Shown piece after piece: positions 30,913 through 39,584 of a DNA stretch of 64,000 bases (within the stretch, counting starts at the first letter, position 1; each line of letters opens with the position of its first letter). The notes below the pieces were generated by a model. That model worked only from the letters and a program-made list of their open reading frames with translations. It made no database searches and was not told where the DNA came from. A program made the position numbers and the translations under genes. Origin of the DNA: a phage. The stretch lies in NCBI GenBank assembly GCA_012813795.1, contig GCA_012813795.1_4087.1; one strand, written 5' to 3'.

Positions 30913-31417
30913 AACTATATCCTTGCATCAAAATATCATAAACTGCTTGAATGTCAGGAACTTTTATATAAAATTTAAAACCCTTAATTAAAGGATTCGC
31001 GTACAATGAACTGAATAACTTTAGATAATGCATTTGACGAGGACTATATAATAACGATTTCTGAAATAATTCAGCACTACAATCTGTACTAATATCAATT
31101 AAATCAATTCGTTCTTCTACTTCATCATCTTGTTTCAAATCATAAAAGAAATAATCGTTTGTGTTTACCCACAAATACCCTTCTTTATTTTCGTATACAA
31201 CAGGAGATGTTTGTACTGGATTGGCTTGGGTAAATGCTGCAATACAAACGTTAACATTCCCTGCATTATTTGCATTGTGAAACATAAACGATAATTTACC
31301 ATGCCTATCTTCTATGCGTAATTCACGTATATCAATGTACTTATGTATAGGATGATTATTTTTGAGCATAAGCATTATTGTACTAATCTTGTGCGTTAAT
31401 AATTCAATTTCATTCAT
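30902..31417 (-). CDS. FamA paralog
   Basis: 171 aa; motif SAELFQKSLLYS. Confidence 0.65.
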   Translation of the reverse strand: MNEIELLTHKISTIMLMLKNNHPIHKYIDIRELRIEDRHGKLSFMFHNANNAGNVNVCIAAFTQANPVQTSPVVYENKEGYLWVNTNDYFFYDLKQDDEVEERIDLIDISTDCSAELFQKSLLYSPRQMHYLKLFSSLYANPLIKGFKFYIKVPDIQAVYDILMQGYSYEV

Positions 31418-31423
31418 ATATTA

Positions 31424-31789
31424 TTACCTATAGCATTTGAGCACTGTAACCAATCCCTCTGCATTCTTGAAATGCATTAAAGACAATGAACTATCAACGT
31501 ACTGCAATGATATAATTACATCCTGATTGGTGTGTTTGAATAAAAATTCCTGTACTGAATTCGTACCATAATACATGTACTTCGTTGCTTCAATCTGCAA
31601 ATAAGGTACTTCTGTATTGTGTAAAAAGATATTGATTATTTCATTATTCTGCAATCTGCAATCAAATTTGTATGTTTCATATAACGGTACATCCGATGAT
31701 GCCTGTGCTGTATGTGCGGTGTTTATAAATGATAAAAACACAAATGTTAAAATGAATATGATTTTATTGAACATGTTTTGTTTCCTCAA
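31424..31789 (-). CDS. secreted (signal-peptide) protein
   Basis: 121 aa; N-terminal hydrophobic stretch FILTFVFLSFINTAHTAQA|SS with AxA-type signal-peptidase site. Confidence 0.6.
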   Translation of the reverse strand: MRKQNMFNKIIFILTFVFLSFINTAHTAQASSDVPLYETYKFDCRLQNNEIINIFLHNTEVPYLQIEATKYMYYGTNSVQEFLFKHTNQDVIISLQYVDSSLSLMHFKNAEGLVTVLKCYR

Positions 31790-31983
31790 TAATGTTTGTA
31801 CTTGTGTAAAATTCTATCCTGTACTGAAAGATGCTCAAATACAATTAAACTCAAATAATAATTGTAATCATTGATACCACCCCTCAAATGCATATTGTAA
31901 TACAGCTTAATACTATCTAATAATGAATCCTGTAATGCATGTAATGCATTTAATGTCTTTGCATCTATCATCATCTTTCCCAT
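31786..31983 (-). CDS. hypothetical small protein
   Basis: 65-aa minus ORF. Confidence 0.5.
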   Translation of the reverse strand: MGKMMIDAKTLNALHALQDSLLDSIKLYYNMHLRGGINDYNYYLSLIVFEHLSVQDRILHKYKHY

Positions 31984-32372
31984 TTAATAGGGTATTCCGT
32001 TTCATTTACTACATACGACATAATCCATCCGTAATGGATAGGATGATATTTGTCTGAATCAGGAATAAAATATAAAGCTGTACTGGGATTATAACTGAAG
32101 AAATCCCTCTCGTCAAATGTTAATCTGGCTAACTTAATTTTCCTTGGAATTGCATGAGGACGAACTGTATTCTTTACACAGAATATACCATCCTTGTATT
32201 TTGGTACTATAACATCCAATGCACTCTGGATTAACTCCTGAAAGACTAAATTGATTTGTGCAAATGAATCCTTCTTGTTATGCATTTCGTGCCATAAATC
32301 TCGTCTTGCATTTAACATCATTATTACTGGTCTAAGATCCTGTACTACTGTTAGATTCTGCATTGTATTCAT
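31971..32372 (-). CDS. hypothetical protein
   Basis: 133-aa minus ORF. Confidence 0.55.
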   Translation of the reverse strand: MNTMQNLTVVQDLRPVIMMLNARRDLWHEMHNKKDSFAQINLVFQELIQSALDVIVPKYKDGIFCVKNTVRPHAIPRKIKLARLTFDERDFFSYNPSTALYFIPDSDKYHPIHYGWIMSYVVNETEYPIKWER

Positions 32373-32589
32373 TTATCTCATTCTGTAACTTAACAACCAA
32401 AATTTGCGTATGAATTTTTCGTTCAAGGTGCTTGATAAATTTCTGTACCATTTCTTCTTGTACTGATGTACCAAGATAAAATAACATATTAAATTCCGAT
32501 AATCGCAAAGCAAAATCTTCATCGCCCCCTTGTAAACAAAAATCCCTGTACTTTGATGCGTACAAATGATGGTTTACATTTTTGTACAT
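32332..32589 (-). CDS. FamB paralog
   Basis: 85 aa; motif MLFYLGTSVQEEMV. Confidence 0.6.
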   Translation of the reverse strand: MYKNVNHHLYASKYRDFCLQGGDEDFALRLSEFNMLFYLGTSVQEEMVQKFIKHLERKIHTQILVVKLQNEINEYNAESNSSTGS

Positions 32590-32792
32590 TTAGACTCCTT
32601 TGGTGTGCATACTATCTCTGTTCGTAAAGCCCTTATGTATGCATCAACAAATTGTGGCTGTGCTCTCGTTCCTAGATAAAATAATAAATCGAACTCTGCC
32701 ATTTTAACATTAAAAGGATCTGAATCTACATTTCGAATAAAATGTCTGTACTTCAATTCATATCCGTTAGGCATCTTCTTGTATACTATCAT
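32574..32792 (-). CDS. FamB paralog
   Basis: 72 aa; motif LLFYLGTRAQPQFV. Confidence 0.6.
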   Translation of the reverse strand: MIVYKKMPNGYELKYRHFIRNVDSDPFNVKMAEFDLLFYLGTRAQPQFVDAYIRALRTEIVCTPKESKCTKM

Positions 32793-33102
32793 ATTCTATA
32801 CAATCACCTCTTTTAATCGAATCCCAAACTTCCTTCATCTTCTTCTGTAATGCAATCATAATATCTATATCAAACATATAAGGGTCATGAATTAGACTGT
32901 ACTGAAATAATTCATCTTCCTGCATAAGAGAAAGATCCTGAAGCAACTCGTACTTACCTAAACTCCTGGGACTCAAATAAGCAAAATATTCTTTACCGTC
33001 CTCAAAAACATAATGTACTTCATGATTCATGTACTTCTTGTAATTCTCATGCGTATAAGCAAATATACAACCGGAATTAATTCTATGAATGTTGAATTTC
33101 AT
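32767..33102 (-). CDS. FamA paralog (short)
   Basis: 111 aa; motif EDELFQYSLIHD. Confidence 0.65.
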   Translation of the reverse strand: MKFNIHRINSGCIFAYTHENYKKYMNHEVHYVFEDGKEYFAYLSPRSLGKYELLQDLSLMQEDELFQYSLIHDPYMFDIDIMIALQKKMKEVWDSIKRGDCIEYDSIQEDA

Positions 33103-33109
33103 ATATCCC

Positions 33110-33445
33110 CTATATTACAATTCTATGCACATCTTGAATGAAATGCTTTGGAAGATTACTATACGATATCATCTGCCTTTGTACTTCCTTCATTTCATTG
33201 AACGTAAATCCAAAAGAATCATCGTGTACTAAACTGTACTGAAACTCTTCTTCTTCAGAGATATCAACTAGATTCGGTACTGCAATCTTGTTTCCTGTGG
33301 ATTTTACACCGTCTACCCAATAGAAACAATTATCAACTTTATTGTACTCAAATACCTTAACCCCAGAACCGCTCTGGAAATTGGACAACGCAATGAAACA
33401 GATTTTATCTCTGACAATACAATTGAATTTACGTGTCATCTCCAT
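33110..33445 (-). CDS. FamA paralog (short)
   Basis: 111 aa; motif EEEFQYSLVHD. Confidence 0.65.
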   Translation of the reverse strand: MEMTRKFNCIVRDKICFIALSNFQSGSGVKVFEYNKVDNCFYWVDGVKSTGNKIAVPNLVDISEEEEFQYSLVHDDSFGFTFNEMKEVQRQMISYSNLPKHFIQDVHRIVI

Positions 33446-33681
33446 CTCTCTCCGTCATCGCAAGAGTACTGGTACGTTGTCGTTAGGGTAGGAACCATGT
33501 TTGTAATCGGCATGTTATTCACAATAACCGTTACGGGCATCATAACCGTCTCTTTTCTACTCTGTCCTGTCTTTGTGCAATTCATCTTGTGCATTTCATC
33601 TGAATCCAGATACGCTAATACAAACGGTGCAATCCCAAGAACAATACACAAGACGATAAGGAAATTTAAAAATTTTAACAT
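33436..33681 (-). CDS. small membrane-anchored protein
   Basis: 81 aa; N-terminal hydrophobic segment FLNFLIVLCIVLGIAPFVLAYL. Confidence 0.55.
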   Translation of the reverse strand: MLKFLNFLIVLCIVLGIAPFVLAYLDSDEMHKMNCTKTGQSRKETVMMPVTVIVNNMPITNMVPTLTTTYQYSCDDGERWR

Positions 33682-33719
33682 AATCTGTACCCTATGATTA
33701 ACGTTAGTGTACTATAGCA

Positions 33720-33950
33720 CTACATTAGAGTACTGTCAACTGCTTTGTTCTCTATTATGCTCATTAAACCCCAAATTAGATAACGAACACTATCAGCTTG
33801 ATAGTTAGTACCTACTGTGCATTTTAAAATTAACTCATCTTTCAGTACTGCACGTTCTTCTTGGGGTATAGGAAGAGAATTTATTTGTTGTATTTGTGGT
33901 TGTAAAGTATTAATAAGCTTACAGTACTCTTCGAATGATAATCTTTTCAT
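33720..33950 (-). CDS. FamB paralog
   Basis: 76 aa; motif CTVGTNYQADSV. Confidence 0.6.
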   Translation of the reverse strand: MKRLSFEEYCKLINTLQPQIQQINSLPIPQEERAVLKDELILKCTVGTNYQADSVRYLIWGLMSIIENKAVDSTLM

Positions 33951-33962
33951 GGTTCAGTACTC

Positions 33963-34304
33963 TTAATACTCAATAATGTGTTCTTCATAAGCATCACGAG
34001 GCTCCTGTTTAGTTTCTTTCATTAGTACTATCATTTTATGTACTAAGGGCATAGGAAACTCTAAATCCCATACTAATGATTCCTGAAAGTATTCCTCTTC
34101 TGATAAAGTACTTAAATCTTCAATGTCAATGTGTTCGTACATATTATTTTCGTAATTAGCAAAAGATATATATAAACCTCCTGTGGAACTGTAAGTAACT
34201 GTGAATGGCGTACCCTTGTAGTCCATTACATCTTTACATAGACTACTTTTGATGTATATATTTTCATACGATATGTATACCTTGAGTTGAATATTAGTTT
34301 TCAT
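33963..34304 (-). CDS. FamA paralog (short)
   Basis: 113 aa; motif EEEYFQESLVWD. Confidence 0.65.
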   Translation of the reverse strand: MKTNIQLKVYISYENIYIKSSLCKDVMDYKGTPFTVTYSSTGGLYISFANYENNMYEHIDIEDLSTLSEEEYFQESLVWDLEFPMPLVHKMIVLMKETKQEPRDAYEEHIIEY

Positions 34305-34306
34305 TT

Positions 34307-34528
34307 TTAAACACCTATTCCATTAGCAATAGCATCACGTAAAGCTGTCAAATACTTCTGTACTGCTTGCTCTTGATGATTTGTATCTAAAAGTATATAC
34401 ATCCATAATTCACTGTAATGTACATCTTGTGTATAAGGGTCATTGTAACTTTTTGATAATATAGCATCAAATTCAGATGCATGAACCCTTGTGAACTTAA
34501 GAATATCTTTTTGTGTTATGATTCTCAT
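34307..34528 (-). CDS. FamB paralog
   Basis: 73 aa; motif ILLDTNHQEQAV. Confidence 0.6.
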   Translation of the reverse strand: MRIITQKDILKFTRVHASEFDAILSKSYNDPYTQDVHYSELWMYILLDTNHQEQAVQKYLTALRDAIANGIGV

Positions 34529-34740
34529 ATCTTTTCCTGTACTATCTTTATAAGAATCTCAATATATGAATTAACAGTTATTTCTTGATGCTGTGTTCCT
34601 AAGAGTAGCAGTACTATCATCTCTGAACGCAAAAGATTTTTTTCAAGTTCCCCTATATCAGTTCTTGTATCAAGTACAATAAATTCTTTCTTATTTTTTC
34701 TGAATAGTGCCAAGTACTCTTGGTTTGATATTTCCTTCAT
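34525..34740 (-). CDS. FamB paralog
   Basis: 71 aa; motif LLLGTQHQEITV. Confidence 0.6.
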   Translation of the reverse strand: MKEISNQEYLALFRKNKKEFIVLDTRTDIGELEKNLLRSEMIVLLLLGTQHQEITVNSYIEILIKIVQEKI

Positions 34741-34967
34741 AGTTTATCCCTGATGCCATTTAAAAGTGCTCTAATATGCTCCTGTACGAATTGGTACTGA
34801 CTGTCTGTTCCTAGAGTGAGTAACAATCTTAAATCTGAACTTTTGATATGATATTCTAAATCATTATTTGATTCTTGCATCAGTTTCTTAAAGGATGAGA
34901 AGTTTGCTGCCATTAGTTCAATGTATTCTGCTGTTCCTAGGGGTTTGTGTATGTGCTGTCTGTGCAT
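34737..34967 (-). CDS. FamB paralog
   Basis: 76 aa; motif LTLGTDSQYQFV. Confidence 0.6.
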   Translation of the reverse strand: MHRQHIHKPLGTAEYIELMAANFSSFKKLMQESNNDLEYHIKSSDLRLLLTLGTDSQYQFVQEHIRALLNGIRDKL

Positions 34968-35179
34968 TTTAATTGTATTACCCTTTTGAGTGTATTAATG
35001 TAATTATAAACATTGGCTTCTTGATAGTTAGTTCCTAGAGTAGCTTGAACGTAGATTTCATTTAACTTAATAATTTTATCCGTATCTGGTAGTTTTGATG
35101 TGTTAATGGCAAATAACTTCAAAAACAGTCCATTTATGATTGTTCGGTATTCTTCTCCGGTAATGATTCGCATTTGCAT
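34937..35179 (-). CDS. FamB paralog
   Basis: 80 aa; motif ATLGTNYQEANV; start may be Met3. Confidence 0.6.
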   Translation of the reverse strand: MQMRIITGEEYRTIINGLFLKLFAINTSKLPDTDKIIKLNEIYVQATLGTNYQEANVYNYINTLKRVIQLKCTDSTYTNP

Positions 35180-35379
35180 TGGATAGACCTTTGGAGTGTA
35201 TTAAGATAATCCACGATGATGTGTTCTTGATAGTTAGTTCCTATAGTAGCTAGAACATAGATTTCACTTATTAGAATATTTTTTTCATCCTGTGATAATT
35301 CTTCTGACCAGCTACGATGCAACTTTGGAATTAAACTACTTAATAGTTGGTTGTATTCAGTAGGTGAAATGATTTTCAT
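35134..35379 (-). CDS. FamB paralog
   Basis: 81 aa; motif ATIGTNYQEHII. Confidence 0.6.
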   Translation of the reverse strand: MKIISPTEYNQLLSSLIPKLHRSWSEELSQDEKNILISEIYVLATIGTNYQEHIIVDYLNTLQRSIQCKCESLPEKNTEQS

Positions 35380-35591
35380 TTACATCTTCTCAGTACTGAT
35401 TCTTTAAGTTCATCGATGTAGTCCTCAACAAATTGTTCTTGTAGGTTTGTTCCGAGATGTAACAGTACTCTTAAATCTGCTCTCAGTACTTCTTTGTCAT
35501 CTTCATCTATATCAGACAGTGATATGTTTAAGAATTTACTTGAATTCTCTATAAGTAATATTACTTCATCACCTTCGCTTAAAATTTTCAT
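35376..35591 (-). CDS. FamB paralog
   Basis: 71 aa; motif LHLGTNLQEQFV. Confidence 0.6.
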   Translation of the reverse strand: MKILSEGDEVILLIENSSKFLNISLSDIDEDDKEVLRADLRVLLHLGTNLQEQFVEDYIDELKESVLRRCK

Positions 35592-35797
35592 AATCTTTGT
35601 GTTTTCCTCGACAGTAGATACAGGTAACGTTCAGTGCATTGTTCTTGATAGTTTGTTCCTAATAAATGAACTAATTGTTGTTCAGCTATAGAAAGCTGTT
35701 TATCTTCATAACAAGCGTATCGTTGTTTCCTATGGTATTCTTTATTGATAACATCAAGGATGATAACACCGTATTCGTCATCGGTCAAGTGTTTCAT
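35588..35797 (-). CDS. FamB paralog
   Basis: 69 aa; motif HLLGTNYQEQCT. Confidence 0.6.
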   Translation of the reverse strand: MKHLTDDEYGVIILDVINKEYHRKQRYACYEDKQLSIAEQQLVHLLGTNYQEQCTERYLYLLSRKTQRL

Positions 35798-36035
35798 GTG
35801 CTTTTCTTTTTCTTATATGTTTAGTTAAAAGGTATATTAGTTTTCTTACGTACTCGTCTTGATAGTTAGTCCCTAATAGTGCAAGAAGTTTTGCTTCAAC
35901 TAAAGCTAATTGTCGTTCTTCAAATGTGTGTTCCAGAATGTACTTGGGGTTTGATTTTTTAGAAATTGCACTATTAGTCTTCATTATAATCTTATGATAT
36001 TCATTGACCGTCAAGATTTTTATATTCTTGATCAT
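35778..36035 (-). CDS. FamB paralog
   Basis: Track ORF 35778..36146 trimmed to internal Met (MIKNIKILTVNEY) to remove overlap with the next paralog; motif ALLGTNYQDEYV. Confidence 0.5.
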   Translation of the reverse strand: MIKNIKILTVNEYHKIIMKTNSAISKKSNPKYILEHTFEERQLALVEAKLLALLGTNYQDEYVRKLIYLLTKHIRKRKAHETLDR

Positions 36036-36255
36036 ATATCTTTTCCTTAATAGTAATTTTAAGATATCTAAGAATCGATCGAACATAATAATCCTGTCTA
36101 TCGGTTCCAAGAAAGTACAGGAGTTGTTGATATAATACTTCTGCACTCCTTGCAGCAGGGGTTTGGTTTGGGTCTTTTGGAAGTTGATTTGTATGTTTTC
36201 TGGATTTAATTATTCTTTCTTTTATTTCATCGTCTGTTAAGTATATCATTTGCAT
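36001..36255 (-). CDS. FamB paralog
   Basis: Track ORF 36001..36291 trimmed to internal Met (MQMIYLTDDEI); motif YFLGTDRQDYYV. Confidence 0.5.
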   Translation of the reverse strand: MQMIYLTDDEIKERIIKSRKHTNQLPKDPNQTPAARSAEVLYQQLLYFLGTDRQDYYVRSILRYLKITIKEKIYDQEYKNLDGQ

Positions 36256-36482
36256 TTTATGTTCCTCACATGAATTGTTTGGATTAAACATTCAATCCAA
36301 GATGTAACATATCTTGTTTGATATTGTGTGCCTAAGAGACTCTGCATTTTAAACTCTGCTTCAAGTTCATATCTCTTTTCTATCGTAAAGCTTAAATGAC
36401 CATATTCTGCATCGTATCTTCTCAGTGATTCCCCAATTCTAGTAAATCTTTCTGCTAAGTTGATGTTATTCACAGTATTCAT
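36246..36482 (-). CDS. FamB paralog
   Basis: 78 aa; motif SLLGTQYQTRYV. Confidence 0.6.
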   Translation of the reverse strand: MNTVNNINLAERFTRIGESLRRYDAEYGHLSFTIEKRYELEAEFKMQSLLGTQYQTRYVTSWIECLIQTIHVRNIKCK

Positions 36483-36742
36483 CGATCAGTACACCTCAGT
36501 GGTTGGGTCATTTGATAAAAGTACAGCTTACCTCTGATTTCCATTAACAACTCGGCGATGACGCGATTTACTTCTGTCTCTTGATAGTTTGTTCCTAAGA
36601 AGACACCCATCTTTAACTCACGATGCATAATCATCTTCTTACTGTGTTGAATTTCTTGGCTGTAATAGATTGCATTACGTTTAGGTGAGATTTTTGCTAG
36701 TCGCTCGTTATATTCATCTTGACTTAAATTGATCATTTGCAT
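36479..36742 (-). CDS. FamB paralog
   Basis: 87 aa; motif VFLGTNYQETEV. Confidence 0.6.
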   Translation of the reverse strand: MQMINLSQDEYNERLAKISPKRNAIYYSQEIQHSKKMIMHRELKMGVFLGTNYQETEVNRVIAELLMEIRGKLYFYQMTQPLRCTDR

Positions 36743-36957
36743 TTACTTTGGACCTCATTTTGAAGTGCATTAATGACCTTCAGTACAGCACTCGCTTGAT
36801 AGTTTGTTCCTAAGACTGAAAGCATCTTGATCTCATTTACTACAATCCACTTATTTGATTGTTCAATAATGTAACTTTCATAAATGGCCTTGCGTAATGA
36901 ATAAGTTTTTGCAAGACGTACATAATATTCATCTTTACTTAAATTAATCATTTGCAT
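36733..36957 (-). CDS. FamB paralog
   Basis: 74 aa; motif SVLGTNYQASAV. Confidence 0.6.
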   Translation of the reverse strand: MQMINLSKDEYYVRLAKTYSLRKAIYESYIIEQSNKWIVVNEIKMLSVLGTNYQASAVLKVINALQNEVQSKCK

Positions 36958-37166
36958 TTACTTTTAACCTCTTTCTGGAGTGCATCAATCCATAGGTCTA
37001 TATACGTTTGTTGATAGTTTGTGCCTAAGAGTGCCTCTACATAGAGTTCAGCTACCTTTGCGTGCTTTAGGTCAACAGGGATGCTCTTATCGCTTGATAA
37101 CATTCTCCTTCTGCTGGTGCATGTTTTCAGAAGCCTGATGTATTCAACACCTTGTAATTTTCTCAT
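36948..37166 (-). CDS. FamB paralog
   Basis: 72 aa; motif ALLGTNYQQTYI. Confidence 0.6.
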   Translation of the reverse strand: MRKLQGVEYIRLLKTCTSRRRMLSSDKSIPVDLKHAKVAELYVEALLGTNYQQTYIDLWIDALQKEVKSKCK

Positions 37167-37378
37167 TCTCTGGATATCACCTTGTTACGTAGACTTGCTA
37201 ACCATGCGTCAGTATAGATGTTTTGATAGTTTGTCCCAATGAAGATAGATAGCTTCATTTCAGTTATTATAACACATTTGTCCACTTGTGCAATAGATTT
37301 GTTTAAAGAAATACTAGAAACTTTTGCTTGTATAGTTCGCAACAGCCTGTAATATTCATACCCACTAAGGATTTTCAT
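37163..37378 (-). CDS. FamB paralog
   Basis: 71 aa; motif IFIGTNYQNIYT. Confidence 0.6.
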   Translation of the reverse strand: MKILSGYEYYRLLRTIQAKVSSISLNKSIAQVDKCVIITEMKLSIFIGTNYQNIYTDAWLASLRNKVISRE

Positions 37379-37625
37379 TCTCTCGTCTCCAGACTTCCGT
37401 TCTTATATGTTGTTGATATGCTTCCAGATAGTTCTCTATTGCCTTAGCGATTGTTTGTGTATCGTCTCCCGTCATCAGTACAAGCATCTCTGCTTCACAG
37501 TGAATAAGTCTGCTGATATCATTAGTGAGTTTATCAGATACTGTATCATAGTGTTTGTGGATTAGTTTCTGAAATAGTTTAACGTACATGATGTGATTTA
37601 TTCTGGATCGCATTGTCTTTTCCAT
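37365..37625 (-). CDS. FamB-like (divergent)
   Basis: 86 aa; degenerate motif LVLMTGDDTQTIA. Confidence 0.5.
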   Translation of the reverse strand: MEKTMRSRINHIMYVKLFQKLIHKHYDTVSDKLTNDISRLIHCEAEMLVLMTGDDTQTIAKAIENYLEAYQQHIRTEVWRRENENP

Positions 37626-37849
37626 TCTCTTTTGGTCTGGCGGGTTTTATATGCTACAAGGTTTCTTAGTGCATTGATATAACGATCAGTGAAGATATCT
37701 TGTTTATTAGTTCCAACGAATTTAAGAAGAAACACGTCACCATTAACTACATCATTCTCAGGGGAAGGATAAAGTTCATTGTTCTTGCGAAGGGTGTTTA
37801 GTAAAGAGAATAGGGCAGATTGATACTCAGTGCTTGATAATACTTTCAT
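37598..37849 (-). CDS. FamB paralog
   Basis: 83 aa; motif KFVGTNKQDIFT. Confidence 0.6.
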   Translation of the reverse strand: MKVLSSTEYQSALFSLLNTLRKNNELYPSPENDVVNGDVFLLKFVGTNKQDIFTDRYINALRNLVAYKTRQTKREWKRQCDPE

Positions 37850-38073
37850 TAGTTCATTCCCTTTCTTTCTATATGTTTCATAAGAACATTAAGATACTCA
37901 CCCACAAACCTATTCTGATACTGCGTCCCCATGAATTCAAACAGCCATACTTCAGCAACCATTTCTTCAATTTCATTCCAAGATAAGTACATCATAGTGA
38001 AGTAAATGTGGTTCTCTTTTTGAGATGCACACCTTGAGCGAGCCTCGTATTCAAAGTTATTAATGCAGTTCAT
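37849..38073 (-). CDS. FamB paralog
   Basis: 74 aa; motif EFMGTQYQNRFV. Confidence 0.6.
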   Translation of the reverse strand: MNCINNFEYEARSRCASQKENHIYFTMMYLSWNEIEEMVAEVWLFEFMGTQYQNRFVGEYLNVLMKHIERKGMN

Positions 38074-38282
38074 AGTTTACTCCTGATGTATTTCTCAAGA
38101 GCTATTAGATACTCTTGGACATAAGATTTCTGGTGGTCAGTTCCTAAGAAGACACCCATAAGTAATTCTTTTTCCATAACTTTTGATAAGTGTACATCAT
38201 CACGGTCTGCATATATCAGCAAGATTTCAATCTGCTTAGAATTGTAACGTTTCCTATATTGCTCTGGTGTTAATATAATCAT
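38070..38282 (-). CDS. FamB paralog
   Basis: 70 aa; motif VFLGTDHQKSYV. Confidence 0.6.
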   Translation of the reverse strand: MIILTPEQYRKRYNSKQIEILLIYADRDDVHLSKVMEKELLMGVFLGTDHQKSYVQEYLIALEKYIRSKL

Positions 38283-38497
38283 AGTTTACTCTTTATATCT
38301 TCAATTAAAAATCCAATCCAATCATTGACATACTCTTCCTGAAAGTTTGTGTCCAGTACAGCCATCATGCGATATTCTGCTCTTTTGGCGTCGATTACAG
38401 TTTTAGGGAGGTCACCATGTATATCTATCATGTCATCAAGGTATTTCAATATACGACCAAATGCTTGTGTCTGTGTTATGATTTTCAATGTTTGCAC
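38279..38497 (-). CDS. FamB paralog
   Basis: 72 aa; motif AVLDTNFQEEYV. Confidence 0.6.
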   Translation of the reverse strand: MQTLKIITQTQAFGRILKYLDDMIDIHGDLPKTVIDAKRAEYRMMAVLDTNFQEEYVNDWIGFLIEDIKSKL

Positions 38498-38685
38498 CTC
38501 GCTCGTATGTCAGCTTTCAAAGATTCCAAATAGTGAGTTATCCACACTTCCTGATAGTTGGTTCCCATCGCAATCAACAGGTACAACTCAACTCTTTCTA
38601 AGTGCACATTGCTTTGGTAAATCCTTGCCGTGTTTTTACGTAGTATATGATGATATTCATCTTGGGTTAATGTACGCATTTTCAT
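38485..38685 (-). CDS. FamB paralog
   Basis: 66 aa; motif IAMGTNYQEVWI. Confidence 0.6.
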   Translation of the reverse strand: MKMRTLTQDEYHHILRKNTARIYQSNVHLERVELYLLIAMGTNYQEVWITHYLESLKADIRARCKH

Positions 38686-38879
38686 AGTTTACCATTTATC
38701 TCTAAACATAACTCTTTTACATATAGTTTAACATATTCATTTTGTAAGTTAGTTCCTAAGAATAGTTCCATAACTAATTCACGTTTATAGGCATTACCAC
38801 GTTTATGAGACTTATACATTATCATAGCCATGTTATTGATAAGTCTTTCGTGATGCTCTTCTTGGGTTAAAATACGCAT
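38682..38879 (-). CDS. FamB paralog (first of array)
   Basis: 65 aa; motif LFLGTNLQNEYV. Confidence 0.6.
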   Translation of the reverse strand: MRILTQEEHHERLINNMAMIMYKSHKRGNAYKRELVMELFLGTNLQNEYVKLYVKELCLEINGKL

Positions 38880-38913
38880 AGGGTAAATTCCATAGGTTCA
38901 TATATGAAAAAAC

Positions 38914-38942
38914 ATCATACCCCATACGAGGCATGATGTCAA
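38914..38942 (-). promoter_or_regulatory. sigma70-like promoter heading the FamB array
   Basis: Minus strand reads TTGACA-N17-TATGAT; overlaps palindrome CATCAT..ATGATG. Confidence 0.5.
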
Positions 38943-38949
38943 GTAGAAC

Positions 38950-39372
38950 TTATTTTTTCAAATAATTACATATATCGTTAATACTCATATTTTCTTGTTT
39001 AGTATATGGCCTGGTGTTTTCATATAAATCCCCAGATACACCGTTGTCATGTGGAACAGATAAATTACCCACATCAAACGAACTAATTACTGTATTTGAT
39101 ACATCAAGAAGGTTGAATTTATATTGGTTACTGGGTGTATCTAAAACAAATTGACCTTTATAATCTGAATATTCAATGTTAAATATTTCAGAATCATCAC
39201 TTATGAAATAAACACTTGAACGCATAACATCTTCATTCTTATTAACACAATTAATCAACATAGAATTCGATAGTATATGATAACTGAATGACATTTTTAG
39301 TAAGTTTTTTGGAAATTGAACATTTGCATCCATTTGTATATTAGAATTATAATCAACTTTAAATTTAATCAT
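38950..39372 (-). CDS. hypothetical protein
   Basis: 140-aa minus ORF. Confidence 0.6.
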   Translation of the reverse strand: MIKFKVDYNSNIQMDANVQFPKNLLKMSFSYHILSNSMLINCVNKNEDVMRSSVYFISDDSEIFNIEYSDYKGQFVLDTPSNQYKFNLLDVSNTVISSFDVGNLSVPHDNGVSGDLYENTRPYTKQENMSINDICNYLKK

Positions 39373-39482
39373 TGGTTTCTCCTTATGTTATTTGTTATGA
39401 TTATAGCATACGAAACATTTTTGTCCCACCCATGAACCCCTTCACACGAGCTAAGCAATTACCCGCCCCTAGTTGCCCTAAG

Positions 39483-39503
39483 TTATAATAACAGGTCGTT
39501 ATT
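39483..39503. repeat. perfect 8-bp-stem palindrome
   Basis: ATAATAAC-aggtc-GTTATTAT in the non-coding interval 39373-39607. Confidence 0.6.
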
Positions 39504-39537
39504 ATCACTGGGGTTATAAGGTATTGGTTCATTTTTT

Positions 39538-39584
39538 AATTGAGTCAATTATTTTTTGACTCAATTATTTTCTGACTAATAGTT
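39538..39584. repeat. tandem direct repeats (candidate operator/regulatory site)
   Basis: TTGAGTCAATTATTTT / TTGACTCAATTATTTT / cTGACTAATAGTTTT; each unit has a TGA(G/C)TCA half-palindrome. Confidence 0.6.

Noticed and set aside
3600-31417. Reading the FamA array as a polyprotein cleaved at the FQxS motif
   Set aside because: Each gene has its own start and stop and the motif is internal, not at gene junctions; the TEV-site resemblance is kept only as a hypothesis for a docking or processing site.
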